64,000 bases of DNA from Octopus sinensis (taxonomy: Eukaryota): the NCBI RefSeq assembly GCF_006345805.1, contig NC_042997.1:49042001-49106000 (forward strand), in the 5' to 3' direction. Both the position numbers and the translations under genes were made by a program. Position 1 is the first letter of the stretch; each line of letters opens with the position of its first letter. Of this stretch, positions 1-13,390 are shown one piece after another. The notes beneath the pieces were generated by a model. It ran no database searches. It was not told the DNA's origin and was given only the letters and a program-made list of their open reading frames with translations.

Positions 1-185
1 CATTTATACGTTAACATATGAATGCATGGAATTAACATACGTTCACCGATCGTCCACATGCACACGCAGCTATAAATGTATCTTAAATACGTTCGCACAC
101 GCACGCGTATGCAGCATTTAACGCTCAGTTATTTTTGCACACGCGTACACATACGTACAGACACACACACACACACACACATATG

Positions 186-217
<32 letters not shown>

Positions 218-239
218 ATATATATAATATTATATATAC

Positions 240-463
240 CGGAGTAAACACATAAATGTGAAACACGGTGGAAAAAGAGTACTCAAATACCAGTGGTAGA
301 GTAATATACTTTATTTAAAGCAGCAGAAAATTCAACAAAACCTGTTACTCTGAGTTTCCCGTTGCCGTTCATCGGACAATTTTTTCTAGCAAAAACTGTC
401 CGAGTAACAGGTTTTGTTACTCAGAGTAACAGGTTTTGTTAAATTTTCTGCTGCTTTAAATAA

Positions 464-464
<1 letters not shown>
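240..464. mobile_element. Palindromic PLE-derived element, internally deleted
   Basis: Inverted arms centred on ctag near 386; same family as 51402-51580; flanked by (AT)n. Confidence 0.7.
337..384 (-). ncRNA. Decayed hammerhead motif, same family as 51533-51579
   Basis: Minus strand: ttgt-CCGATGA-ACG(GCAA)CGG-GAAA-CTCAGAGTA-ACAGGTTTT, with a U4C change and a stem II mismatch. Confidence 0.55.
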
Positions 465-501
<37 letters not shown>

Positions 502-546
502 ATATATATATATATATATATATACATACATACATACATACATATA

Positions 547-1020
547 CTAGCTGAATAGCGCGTCGTTGCCAGGACAGATTCGGGCAATTTTTCGCAAAAA
601 AAACTTCGTTGAGGATATTTTACCTTTTAAAAACTATTTACATGTCTGTTCAACTGTTCCACATGACTTTATTCATTAAAACTTCATAAATTCTTACAGC
701 TTTGTTCGACGTAATGCTCTGCTTTCGTTTGTTTGGTAAAAATTCCTCCTCGTAATGATTTTGCCTTCATTTTGTGATAGACAGCTTTCATGCAAAAAAT
801 GTTAGCTTCCTTATCCTGTCTTTTGATTAGGTAAAACTGATAAAACTTCAATCCTCAGATAAAATTTTCCTGCAATTTTTCTGGAACAAACAAATAACAA
901 AATCGGATTTAACGTGGAAATTTATTTCAATATACCAAATCTGAAAATTTTGACGTAATTTTAATATTTTACAATATGTGACAGCAACAGGGAAGTAGAG
1001 GGACAGACAATTATAGGACG
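547..1020 (-). mobile_element. Probable non-autonomous Helitron remnant
   Basis: actagctgaatagcgcgtcgttgccagg resembles the reversed hairpin-CTAG 3' end; the 5' boundary is uncertain. Confidence 0.45.
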
Positions 1021-1059
<39 letters not shown>

Positions 1060-1962
1060 ACACATACGAATACACACACAACCACACACACATACGAATA
1101 CACACACAAACACAAACATTGAAACACATACAAACACTGAAATATACACACAAACATTTACAAACGTACTTGCATATAATCACGAGTTTGAAATAGTGTA
1201 TAGTAGACATATGTATGTATGTATGCATGTATGCATGTATGCATGTATGTATGTATGTATGTATGTATGTATGTATTATGTATATATGTATGTTTGAAAG
1301 CTTATGTATAAATATATTTTGAAGAATTGGAATATTCTGCCTGTTCTTGACTAACTTGATATCTTTCTAGCCTTATCTTTTAAGGTCTAAGGAAGATAGC
1401 TCTTTTACTTTCTTCCTTTTTATTTTCATTTTTTACCTTTTTAGTTTTTGTATAATCGTTTTCCGTTTTTCACTTTCTCCGTTTTCTATATGCTGCCTTC
1501 TCAGTTATTTTTCGCGTTTCTTCTATTATTCAATATCTTTAATTCGTTATGACATGTTGTTTACACCTGAAAAATATGTTTAAGTATTTCTCAGCATATG
1601 AAATTTTAGTAGCACTTAAATATATGCATTGTCCCCTTCAAATAAATAATATTTATCTCTCAACAGATGAAGTACTCTTTTTGTTGAATTTTCTATCATG
1701 GAACAGTATATTATATATATATATATATATATTCGTTGTGCAAGATTTTTTATGTGAAGTCGTGTGTTGAAACAGATATTGTTGTATTTAGGAATGGTCA
1801 TTTTGCCAGTTTAGCCAATAAACAGGAGTGTGACTAAAGAACTCTGGCCGAAATAAGATTAAGATTAATGTAAAAAAATAAATAACACTGAAGCAAAGTA
1901 ATACCAAATATATAGTGCGTGTGTTTTTATTGGCTAAAATGGCAAAATGACCATTCCTAAAT

Positions 1963-2004
<42 letters not shown>

Positions 2005-2288
2005 GAAGCATAAGGAAAGGAAAAACTTGTAAGCAGAGACAAACTCTAATGTAGTTCGAATCTAAGCTGGTACAGAACCAATATACATTCTACAAATCAT
2101 TTCGGAACCTAATTAATTCCAAAGATAAAGACGAAAGCCTCTTCATGAAATACAAATTAGATTCCTCATCAGGAATTACATACTGGTATAAATGATTACG
2201 ACTAACAAAAATGTACAAAGACCTTTTGTAGCCCAGACATGAACAAATAATGAAAGATAACAGGAATACCAAATATTCATGAGTAGAA

Positions 2289-2328
<40 letters not shown>

Positions 2329-2339
2329 CACACACACAC

Positions 2340-2412
<73 letters not shown>

Positions 2413-2729
2413 GTGTGTAAGTATAATGTCCTATTTAAACTTAATATATGGTAAAATTAAACGAAATAAAGATAAAAATCTTTTGTTTACAAAATAGCCT
2501 TCTACAAGTAAAACAATAGAACAGATAAAAAGAGAGAGAGAGAAAGAGAGAGAGTAGAATCGGTGAAGGGAGAGGAGAGAAAAAGTAATACAGTGAAGGA
2601 GAAGCGGAGAGAGTAGTAGTCATGACTGAGAGAGTATTGAGCGTTTGAGAAAGAAGAACGCGTAGTGTATCTTCTGTTCTCAAAATATAAATGAGAAAGG
2701 AAGAGACGAATAAAGTAAAAGACAGCCAG

Positions 2730-3039
2730 TATATTGGTTCTTCTGCTAATTATATTAAGAAAAGGGTTTCGAATCATTACCATTCCTTTAGGAACAGAAA
2801 TAGGGCTTCTTCTACTAGTCTTAGTAATTTCATCTAGAATCTTAAAGACAATAATAAAATGTACTTTATTGTATTGAGCATTTTAGGGCTTATAGAATTG
2901 GTAATAAGTTCTGATCTCTTTGTTCTGAGGAATTATTTTTGATTCTATTTTCTAGAAGAAGGCTGCTGAACTCTAAATCTGAAAGGGTTTTTTTTTCTGT
3001 GTTCATCAGAATAAATGCGTGTTTAAACACCTTAAATAA
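2730..3039 (+). pseudogene. Decayed GIY-YIG endonuclease C-terminus of a Penelope-like element
   Basis: YIGSSANYIKKRVSNHYHSFRNRNRASSTSLSNFI*NLKDNNKMY, then after frameshifts ...SEELFLILFSRRRLLNSKSE...CVHQNKCVFKHLK*. Fits the PLE pattern YIG..K.R..NH..SF...LS..IW.LK...C.LC.EE...LLN.RSE...C.H.NK. Confidence 0.8.
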
Positions 3040-3237
3040 GGTCTATTATAAGTGTTTTTTTAGATGATTTAGTGATTTTCGTGAGTTGTTTCACCCTTTG
3101 GTTTTTACTCCTCTAGTTGGTTCCTATAGCTTTGTTGATATATATATATATATAATAAACCAAGCTAGAGGAACCAACTAGAGGATAGATCGGTGGCCAC
3201 TACACACATTTTCCCCTCCTTGTTTCTTTCTGTGTTC

Positions 3238-3273
3238 CTTTCTGTGGAAGAGCGTAAGCTCGAAACATTAAAG
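3238..3273 (+). ncRNA. Variant hammerhead-like motif (CUGUGGA core)
   Basis: CTTT-CTGTGGA-A-GAGC(GTAA)GCTC-GAAA-CATT-AAAG. Stems I and II pair and the loop is GNRA, but core position 6 is non-canonical. Confidence 0.4.
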
Positions 3274-3361
3274 ACTTTTTCAATTCCCGAGCGTTATACT
3301 AATACATCTGTTTCTTTTCTACACCACCTGTCTTGGTCTTTTGTTTTTTTCGTGAATTCTT

Positions 3362-3400
<39 letters not shown>

Positions 3401-5299
3401 CTGGCAATCCTTGTTGCTTATTTTGATTTAATCCCCTTATTTTGAAATTGTATGGATAATACAATACTAAATTCTGGTGCCTCAACTTAAGTACCATATT
3501 GATCTGAATCTATATATATATATATTTTAAGATTTTGGGAGTATTTTAATTTCGGTCCATCTGTGTTTGTGAGACGGTGGATTTTTGCATTTAATTCATT
3601 TAATTATCTTACTACCGTTTTGTTATTTCCATATTTATTTATTAGCTGACCCGTGCCGTTTATAATTGATGGCTAATTGTTATTTAGACAAGATACAAAA
3701 TGAAGTACAGAACAATCACAGATACAAGCATTCAAATATTTCTCAATCACACGCTTACATACACAAACAAAATAGGAATGATCTCAGGTTTTTTTTTTAT
3801 CTTCAGGGTCGTACGTTTCCATTACGCATGCATGGGAACGTTTCCATTACGCACGCACACACTCACACATTCCCACACACACATAGACACGCACACGCAT
3901 ACACACACAAACATTCACATACCTACCTTTTTCATATACACACGTATACACATAAACCCACACAGAGTTGAATGGCTGTCTTTTACTTTATTCGCTCCTT
4001 CCTTTCTCATTCATATATTGAGAACGAAGATACACTCCGCATTTCTCTTTCTCAAAAGGTCATTACTTTCTCTCACTCTTTCAGTCATGGCTATTACTCT
4101 CTCTGCCTATCCTTCACTGTATTACTATTTTCTTTCCTCTCCCTTCACTGATTCTACTCTCTCTTTAGCCGTTCTATTGTTTTACTTGTAGAAGGCTCTT
4201 TTGTAAACAAAAGATTTGTTTTTTATTTTCATTTTCGTTCGATCTTACCATATTATTAAGTTTAAATAAGGACATATATAAATACATATTTTTTCTAGTT
4301 TTGAATATCTGGCGTTCTTGTTATCTTTCATTTATTTGTTCACGTCTGGGCTACAAAAGGTCTTTGTATATTTTTGTTGGTCGTAATCATTCCTACTTGT
4401 ATGTAATTCCTGATGAGGAATCTAATTTTTATTTCATAAAGTGTTTTTCGTCTTTGTCTTTGGAATTCATTAGACTCCGAAATAATTTGTAGAATGTATA
4501 TTGGTTCTGTGCCAACTTAGATTTGAATTGAATTAAAGTTCGTCTACACTTACAAGTTTTTTTTTTCTTTTCCTTATACTTCATTTTCTGTTTTCGCAAA
4601 TACTGAATATATATTTTTATATATATTCTTTACTTAGACTGTACCGGCAGACTTGGATGTTTGACATCCCTTTGAAGGATTTCAGTCCTCACCTCTTATA
4701 TTATATATATATATATATATATATATGCAATCAAAATAAGCAGCAAGGATATCCAGATATAATGCAGTACGATCGTTTCATGCGACTCCATTTAATTGAA
4801 CAATGCAAATATTACATCAGTTTTAAAATGTAGAGCAATCTTCAGGGGGGTATATTCATTTATGTAAATAGACAAACGCTGTTCCCCTTCAGTAAATCAC
4901 ACTCATTGGATATAATTTGACCTGAGATAAAGTTACAGTTGCCACAGGGTGGAATCGAACTCGCAATCACACAATTCTTCACCTACGCTCATATACGAAA
5001 GTAAGCGACACAAGTGTGGTGTGAACCACAATACACATAAAATAGATTAAACACTGGGCGACGGATGTCAACGTTTTTCATTCTGTGTTTATTACTTGTC
5101 TCTTGTAGAATTATTTTATCGTCGTTGTTTCCAATCTTTGTTTCATTGTTCCTATAAGAGTTGATGCGTTTGTTCCAGGTGTTAGATCAAAATGATGGAG
5201 ACAATAAAACAGATCGTATGACATTGCTATATAAACAAATGAAATAAAACCAAAAACGTGTTGCTTTAATGTAAGTTTGTCGGTGGGTGTATGTGTGAA

Positions 5300-5942
5300 T
5301 GTATGTACGTGTACACACACAAACACAGGCACAAACATGTATATATATATATATGTGAGTGTGCACATATATATATATATATACATTTATACATATATAT
5401 ACACAAAGACAGACGTACACACATATAAACGTATACATACATATATATACATACATATGTATGTATATATACAACACACATATATGTATCAATATATGTA
5501 TATATGTATATATGCATGTATGAATATTTATAGATATGCGTGTTATATATAAGTACGCATATATTTAGCACATATATATATATATACATGTATAATAATA
5601 TATATATGACACACACACACATGTATATGATAATGTGTTGTGTATACGTGTGAGTGCCTAGTATAATTATGAAGGTATATATATATATATTTATATATAT
5701 TACATATATATATGAATATATATATATATATATATATAACTATATATATATGTATATATTGTATATATATACATATATATATATACATATATATATGTAT
5801 ATAGACATATATATATATATACATATATATATACATATATATATATAATACATATATATACATATATATATAACATACATATATTATACATACATATATA
5901 CATACATATAATATATAAATATATATATATATATATATAATA

Positions 5943-5975
<33 letters not shown>

Positions 5976-5980
5976 GAAGA
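5300..5980. repeat. Compound (AT)n/(ATAC)n microsatellite
   Basis: Directly visible. Similar tracts at 6930-7330, 19380-19660, 21900-22390, 23000-23500, 35130-35232, 41590-41700, 42905-43070, 54640-54890 and 62270-62680. Confidence 0.95.
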
Positions 5981-6348
5981 AATTATATTAAACTACTTAG
6001 CTTTGCCCTTCATTTCTTAAATTTTTTTACCGCCCATCATTTCGGTTAATCACTAACAAACACTTCATCAGTGATAACAGAAGCAATTATGACAATAATG
6101 ATAACAAATATTGTAAGATAAGGGGAGAGCAAAAAAAAATGGCATTTGTTGGACAAGGTTTATAGGTTTTATATATTTTCTGATTTATACTTAACTTTGT
6201 ATATCATTTTCTTTTAAACATAACCACAAATGTTCATATTTATGAGAACTGGAAGAATTTGAGTCGCGTTCGCGTGTTTTATGATTTGATGTACGAGTGT
6301 TTGCGTGTGCGTATGGAACAGAAAGAATGTGTGTGTGTGTGTGTGTGT

Positions 6349-6390
<42 letters not shown>

Positions 6391-6565
6391 TGCGTTTGTG
6401 TGAATGCGCGTGTGTGCGCATGTTTCTGTGAATGCTACACGTACACACCTCGCTGGCACACACGAAGGCACGAATGCATATATTTGTGTGTGTACACACA
6501 CGCACACACACACACACATATATATAAATATATGTATGTGTGAGTGTGTGTGTACACGCATACAT

Positions 6566-6905
6566 GTGGTTGGTAAGAAGCTTGCTTCCCAACCATGTGG
6601 CACCTTAGACGAGTGTCTTCTACTATAGTCTGGGATCGACCAAAGCCATGTGAGTGGATTTGGTAGACGGAAATTGAAAGAAGCCTCTCGTATATGCGTG
6701 TACGTGTGTGTGTTTTCCCCCACCATTGCTTGACAACCGACGTAACTTAGCGGTTACGCTCACGTAATATAGCGGTTCGGCAAAAGTGACAAAAAAAATA
6801 AGTTCTCGTCTTACAACGAATAAGTCCTGGGGTCGATTTGTTCGACTACAGATGGTGCTTCACCATGGCAGCAGTCAAAAGACTGAAACAAATAAAAGAA
6901 TAAGA
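6566..6905 (+). mobile_element. SINE family A
   Basis: Diverged copy with the same head, body and tail. Confidence 0.85.
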
Positions 6906-6950
6906 GAATATACACATTTCTGTAAGTATGTATATATATGTATATATATC

Positions 6951-6996
<46 letters not shown>

Positions 6997-7142
6997 TGTG
7001 TGTGTGTGTAAATATATATATATTGTATATATATGTGTGTAAATATATATGTATGTTTGTATATATATATTATGTATGTGTGTGTAAATATATATATGTG
7101 TGTAAATATATATATGTATATGTAAATATATATATTATATAA

Positions 7143-7183
<41 letters not shown>

Positions 7184-7298
7184 TATATATAGTCAGGTCC
7201 CTTTCGAGTGCTACTGGGAACATGTAACCCAGTACAACCTGTTGCATGGTCGGGGCGTCGGCGACTAAACCGGCAACCCCATGTATGTATGTATAATC

Positions 7299-7334
<36 letters not shown>

Positions 7335-7714
7335 ATAGATATGTGTGGGGGCAATATTCCCAAAAATGAAGAAGTTCACGAGATTTCGGTACCGGTTCGA
7401 TCCCACAGTGCGGCATCGTGATTAATATTATTTTCGGCTCATACATTGCGGGTGAAATTAGGTAGATAGAAACTCTGTAGATGACCCTCTGGTGCACTAC
7501 ACCTGTTATTCAAAGGGTACAGCTTTGTCTTGCAATCTGACAATTCGTCTAAGAATCCAGCGCCTGTGGATTACACAGCCACTTGCAGATTAATGCAAGA
7601 AGTAATTCAACTCATTAAATAACTGAATCCTCTTCGCGAAACGACGGAAACCTACCACCAGGTATAAATGTTATAATGATCAAAAATAAATGTTTTGTTT
7701 TTGCCGTTGTACAG

Positions 7715-7881
7715 CGTCCGTTTTGGGTGACTTATATGGACCAATGAAACTCCTTGCCAGACTTAACGATCGAGCAATGGAACATGAACGTCCAGCAGAT
7801 GAGATATTTCTGGCTGAAATATCTCGTCCGCGCCATTCCATGACTACAGATGATAGCAGGATCAACCAGTTCACTGACTGA
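7715..7881 (+). CDS. Candidate terminal exon, product unknown
   Basis: Acceptor tgttttgtttttgccgttgtacAG, GC-enriched island. Phase-1 frame reads SVLGDLYGPMKLLARLNDRAMEHERPADEIFLAEISRPRHSMTTDDSRINQFTD*; the other two frames close early. No partner exon found. Confidence 0.28.
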
Positions 7882-7963
7882 GTGGCCATTGGAGTTTGTT
7901 GTCTGTTCATCCGATATTGGCCATTGATTTAATAAGATTCATTTCCCGAAATAGTTCACATTC

Positions 7964-8608
7964 TTTTCTACTCTAGGCATAAGGCTCGAAATTTTGGGGG
8001 AAGGGGCAATCGATTAGATCGAACTCAGGATTGAACTGGTACTTAATTTATCGACCCAGAAAGGGTGAAAAGCAAAGTCGACCTTGGCGGTTTTTGAACT
8101 CAGAACGTAAAAACAGACGAAATACCGCTAAGCATTTCGCCCAGCGTGCTAACGTTTTTTATTTCTTTATTGCCCACAAGGGGCTAAACACAGAGGGGAC
8201 AAACAAGGACAGACATAGGTATTAAGTCGATTACATCGACCCCAGTGCGTAACTGGTACTTTATTTATCGACCCTGAAAGTATGAAAGGCAAAGTTGACC
8301 TCGGCGGAATTTGAACTCACAACGTAACGGCAGACGAAATACCGCTAAGCATTTCGCCCAGCGTGCTAACGTTTTTTATTTCTTTATTGCCCACAAGAGG
8401 CTAAACACAGAGGGGACAAACAAGGACAGACAAACGGATCAAGCCGATTATATCGACCTCAGTGCGTAACTGGTCCTTATTTATCGACCCCGAAAGGATG
8501 AAAGGCAAAGTCGACCCCGGCGGAATTTGAACTCACAACGTAACGGCAGACGAAGTACCGCTAAGCATTTTGCCCGGTGTGCTAACGTTTCTGCCAGCTC
8601 GCCGCCTT
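7964..8608 (-). mobile_element. SINE family B trimer with 17-bp TSD
   Basis: Three head-to-tail units; TSD cgaaatagttcacattc at 7947-7963 and 8609-8625. Confidence 0.9.
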
Positions 8609-11600
8609 CGAAATAGTTCACATTCATCATACTGTTTCCCTAAGTTTCATCGTATCCTGGCTTGAATATTTAACCTATTGATGGTGAGGACGCTTGACCA
8701 AGTGTTAGGGTGTTAGATCGTAGTTTCAATTCCTGGACAGGGTGGTGTATTGTGCTCTTGAGCAAAACACTTCATCTCACGCTGCTCTGCGATCACGTCG
8801 ACACTTGACGTTGTACGCCGTTTCTGTAGAGATTCCGGTATGTTTTCCTTAGAAGTACGAGTTTTACTCATTTATCCTGTTTATAAACAAGAAAGCAACT
8901 GAAACAAATGGAAAATATTAATTAAAGGTAGTTGAAGTGATACTTAATTTCCTGAAGCTGTAAAATCCGCGTATTGAAGATGTTCATTATTCCGTCCTTC
9001 CAAACACTGTCTCCAGTGACTACCGACTCAATAAGGTTTTATTATTTGAAGCCGTCACGTTGAGGGAGTTTCATATAAACTTCCAATACACTGCATCCTC
9101 CAAAGAGAATCTTTACGTATATTTTATCATGAATCTCTCCTCTCTCTTTCCTCTCTCTTCCTCTTCGCTCGCTTCCCCTCTCTCTGTCTCTCTCTGCTTT
9201 CTCCTCTCTCTCTCTCCATCTCTCTCGCTCTCTCAGCCATCTCTCTCTCTCTCTCTCTTTATCTATCTTTCAATTATTTCTCAAACTAACAAGCATCAGG
9301 TCACCGCTTGTTCGGACAACCTCTATTTGATGGTGGGAGTGGGCTACTGTACAGTACAAATGTTTCATTATAAACAAATCATTTGATGCAAGTCGTTCAG
9401 CAACAAATTTCAGAACCGTCTTTCTCGGTCTAAGAGACACCACCATCAAGCTATCGAAGTGACCCAGATAGGTACAACTACTCCGGATCAGAGTAGACCC
9501 GAGAATAGTAGCTAAAAGGTGGTTCCACACTCCTCAAAACCCCGATACTCCAGAACCAGAATCACACTTTGGATTCCGTTTAAAGTCATACCCAAGAGAC
9601 TTGTACAGCGCTGTGTGTTGAAATTGCTTCTTATTGCAATTGTGTGTGAGCAAATCTAAATGGAAAGATGTTAGTGGACTTCACAACCACGTTTTAAGGA
9701 AATCCCCACAATAATAAAGCTTTAATGATGAAAGCATTACTTGTAAAGCAACAGATTGCTACTCTATACACAGAGGCAACATATAAACTTTATAGCCAAA
9801 CACATGTGACAAATAAGATATAAAGGAAACCATAAAATTTCAATTTCCAAGAATACTGTCTAATCTAAACAAAATCAGGTGATGAAGACTACGGAAATTA
9901 CTGTTACTTCACATAAAAAGTAGTAGTTACAAACGATAAGAACACTTCTTATTCTAATGAGACAGAAGAGCAAAGAAATATTGTACATGATTTTTTAAAA
10001 AAACTTTATTGATCCAAACGAAACATAAAGGATTCGAATGATATAGACAATAATTTTAAAAGTTTTAAACTATTAATATAATCGTATTCTCTATACAACA
10101 TACGCACACACACATACATGTATGTGTGAATATATATACGTACGTATATATATTGTGAATATATATATACTTACGTATATATATATATAGCTTTTGCTAG
10201 GTTAATAGCACTCTGAAGAAGCGGCAGTTAACACCAAAATGCACACCAAGAAGCAAAATTTTAGTGTGCACGAAATTGCAGTAGAAACATATGTAGTAGG
10301 TGCAGAAATGGAAAGACATGATTGACAGCAGAATAAAACTGGATATATAAATCTCTGTTGAAATATATATGAAAGAAGGTTTGAAAATGCAATTTTAAAG
10401 ACGTTTATTCACTTGATCGGTTTCACATTTTTAGAAATGTGTTGCGTGTGTCTAAGTATGTTTGTGTTGTTTTAATTGTCCTTGTGGTGTGTGTGTGTGT
10501 GTGTGTGTGTGAGCAACTGTATGTGTGTGTGAGGGTGCATATGTATGTGTGTGTGTGAGTGTATTTATCAACCAACCTCCCACACTGTCCCTTAAAATAT
10601 CAAACAATCCTTAGCTACACACAAGATAAAAAATGCCAGAAAGACAGGTTGGTTCCTCTGGAATTCTTTGTAAACTCTTAAATAGATCTCCTGTATATAT
10701 ATAATATATATATATACTACCAAACAAACATGATTTTTATTGAACTCCTAATACTTTTTGTTGAATATTTTCTTAAATACTTTCTTGTAGACTGTTTTCA
10801 ACATTTTCTTATTATTATCAAAGAACGTATATATGTATTTTAATACTTTTGTGACAACCGGTACTTAACAAAACAAATCTTGTGCAAAGCTTTAAATTTT
10901 ACTTTTGACAATCTTTTTCTTTAAAAAAGTGAAACCAGCCAAGTGAATAAAACTTCTTTAAAATTGCATTTTTCAAACCTTCTTTCACACACACACACAC
11001 ATATATGATTTCACTAGTAGTTCTAATCAATTTAATTTTCTAATAATATAATTTTACAGTTTGTTTTTTTGGGGGGGATCTAGTAAGTTCATTGCTAACT
11101 TCGGTGGCGAGATTTTTAAAAGATTCCTTAACTTTTCTGGAGAAATTTCTCGCATTCGTCAGTGGAGATTGTCAAACTTATCTCAGGTTGTGTTGTGCTG
11201 TGTGATTCTATATATAAAAGATTTGGGTGTGTCTCGGATGGGGCGGGGTTTTGTTAATGAATGTGTGATAGAAGGAATGCTAATGAATAAGAGCTGAAAG
11301 AAAATAGTGAATGGTAAAAACAAGTTGATTGAGGATGGAGTTGAGAGGTGGTGGGGTGTTTAAGCAGAGTTTTATGAAGGGCTTCTGAAAGTGATCTCCT
11401 GCTGATTCTATTTGTAAAGTCATTCTTTTCCTTTTTCAAAAATACAAATATATACATATATATAATGTTCTTGCTTGTTCCTTCACGAGCCATGCCTGGC
11501 TCACTAGGGCCGGTTTCCCGGTTTCATTGGTGTATAGGTTCCCCGTCGACGGGGAACTGCTAGATGCAGGAGGAGGAAAGAGTGAGAGAAAGTTGTGGCG

Positions 11601-11653
11601 AAAGAGTCAGCAGAAGTTCGCCATTACTAGGTCATGTGCTTCCACCATATATA

Positions 11654-11945
11654 CAGGGGTTTGACAAAATAATGGAAACACCTTAAAATATCAAACAAAT
11701 TTATTTTAATATGGGGTTGGACGACCTTTGATAGTAATTACAGCTTGAATTCTACGAGATATGGACTCGTGCAAAGTTTGAATTGTTTGCAAAGGAATTT
11801 TTGTCCATTCTTCAGCTAAAACAGTCTCCAGTCCTTGTAGCAAAGATAGTGGAGGATATCGACTCCTTACTTGTTTTTCTAAAATGCACTATAAATGTTT
11901 GATAATACTGAGGTCTGAGGACTGTGGTGGCCAGATAAGATGTTC
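11654..11945 (-). mobile_element. Tc1-like transposon 3' fragment
   Basis: TA|CAGGGGTTTGACAAAATAATGGAAAC TIR; minus strand WPPQSSDLSIIKHL*CILEKQVRSR...EEWTKIP...SISRRIQAVI...PTPY*. Confidence 0.88.
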
Positions 11946-12124
11946 ATTAAAACGACATGCTTTTCTAGCGAATTTCATAAAGATTTCTATGTATGTGTAT
12001 ACAACTATATAAAAGAGTAAAAATTATATTATCGTTCGGGATCCGAGTGAATACTCATGATACTAAATGCTGTTGAAGAAGGGATAAGAATGGAATGACC
12101 TGTAAGGAGGATCGAATATTCTTC

Positions 12125-12555
12125 ATCCAAATAATCCTTTCTACTATTGGCACAAGGCCTGAAATTTTGGCGGGAGTAAATCGATTTCATTGACCCTAGT
12201 GCTCAGGTGGTACTTATTTTATCGACCCCGAAAGGATGAAAGCAAAGAAAATCTCGACGGAATTAAATCTCAGAACGTAAAGCCGGAAGAAATGCCGCTA
12301 AGCGTTTTGTCCGACTGGCTAAAAATTCTGCCATTGCGCCTCCTTTCTCTTTATATAAATGATAAGTTCAAATTTTAGTGCAACACCAGCAACTTCGAGT
12401 AGGACATCGACCCCCAGATCTCAGATGGTAACTTATTTTATCGGCCCGAATGATGAAAGACGACCTCAACGGAATTTGAATTCAGAACGTAAAGCTGGAA
12501 TAAATGCCGATAAGTATTTTGTTCGACGCGCTAGCAATTCCATCAGCTCGCTGCT
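12125..12555 (-). mobile_element. Two diverged SINE family B copies
   Basis: Family B motifs at 12125-12345 and 12395-12555. Confidence 0.75.
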
Positions 12556-13052
12556 TTTTTCTTTATATAAATAATATTGATTTCTAACACAGGCAAAGCG
12601 CCACATAAATTGAGGGGGCTAACTATCAGATATTAAGGCGGTGGACAGGCTCAGGGATGTTAGCAGGCCTCACAAAGCGGCATTTCTTCTGACTTTTTAC
12701 GATCTTAATTCAAATCTTACTAAGGTCAACTTCACCTTTAATCCCCTCGGGGGAGAGAAAATAAAGTACGTGTCAAGTACTCCGGTAGACGTAGTCAATG
12801 TGCTCTCTTCCCCTCAATATTGCTGGCCGTGAACCTTGTAACGGACCGGTTTCACGTTCAGAGCTTATAACCCGTGGAAATCTTGTAACCGGCTTTATGA
12901 ATCCTCAGGCTCAAGATAAAAATTAAAATTATCAGACTTACTGAACTTAGAACTCTTCTTGTCCTTATTTTATCGACCGTGGAAAGATACTGTAAAAGTT
13001 AACTTCGACCTGAATTGAACGCAGATTTTAAAGTGACATATAATTACCACCT

Positions 13053-13390
13053 GTGAAGGTGCATGGCTCAGTGGTTAGAACGTCGGGCTCACAATCATGA
13101 GATGGTGACTTTGATTCTCAGACTGGGCTGTGTGTTGTGTTCTTGAGCAAGACACTTTATTTCACGTTGCTCCAGTTCACTCAGCTGTAGAAATGAGTTG
13201 CGACGTCACAGGTGCCAAGCTGTATCGACCTTTGTCTTTCCCTTGGATAACATCGGGGGCGTGGAGAGGGGAGGCTGGTATGCATGGGCGACTGTTGGTC
13301 TTCCATGAACAATTTTGCCCGGGCTTATGCTTCGGGGGGTAACTTTCTAGGTGCAATCTCATGGTAATTCATGACCGAAGGGGGTCTTTA
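13053..13390 (+). mobile_element. tRNA-derived SINE family C, full length
   Basis: A box tggctcagtggttag, B-box-like ttgattc, central ttgagcaagacactttatttcacgttgctccagttcactcagctg. Confidence 0.88.

Larger units (their letters stand above)
2003..4584 (+). mobile_element. 5'-truncated Penelope-like retroelement with inverted terminal copy and nested insertions
   Basis: 2003-2728 is the diverged reverse complement of 3974-4584; a GIY-YIG remnant begins right after the left arm; CTGATGA core at 4410-4416 (+) and 2166-2172 (-). Confidence 0.75.

Noticed and set aside
5111-5231. Minus-strand terminal-exon candidate MSYDLFYCLHHFDLTPGTNASTLIGTMKQRLETTTIK*
   Set aside because: Acceptor and AATAAA are present, but linking it to upstream exons needed cherry-picked phases; the likeness to a tyrosinase CuB motif is superficial.
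10218-10300. CTGAAGAAGCGG.. possible hammerhead start near the 10360-10995 inverted repeat
   Set aside because: The 3' half (stem II partner, GAAA, stem III) is not recoverable.
13053-13130. tRNA-like sequences here and at 35641 and 41716
   Set aside because: A/B-box heads of SINEs that continue into the SINE body; no complete cloverleaf.
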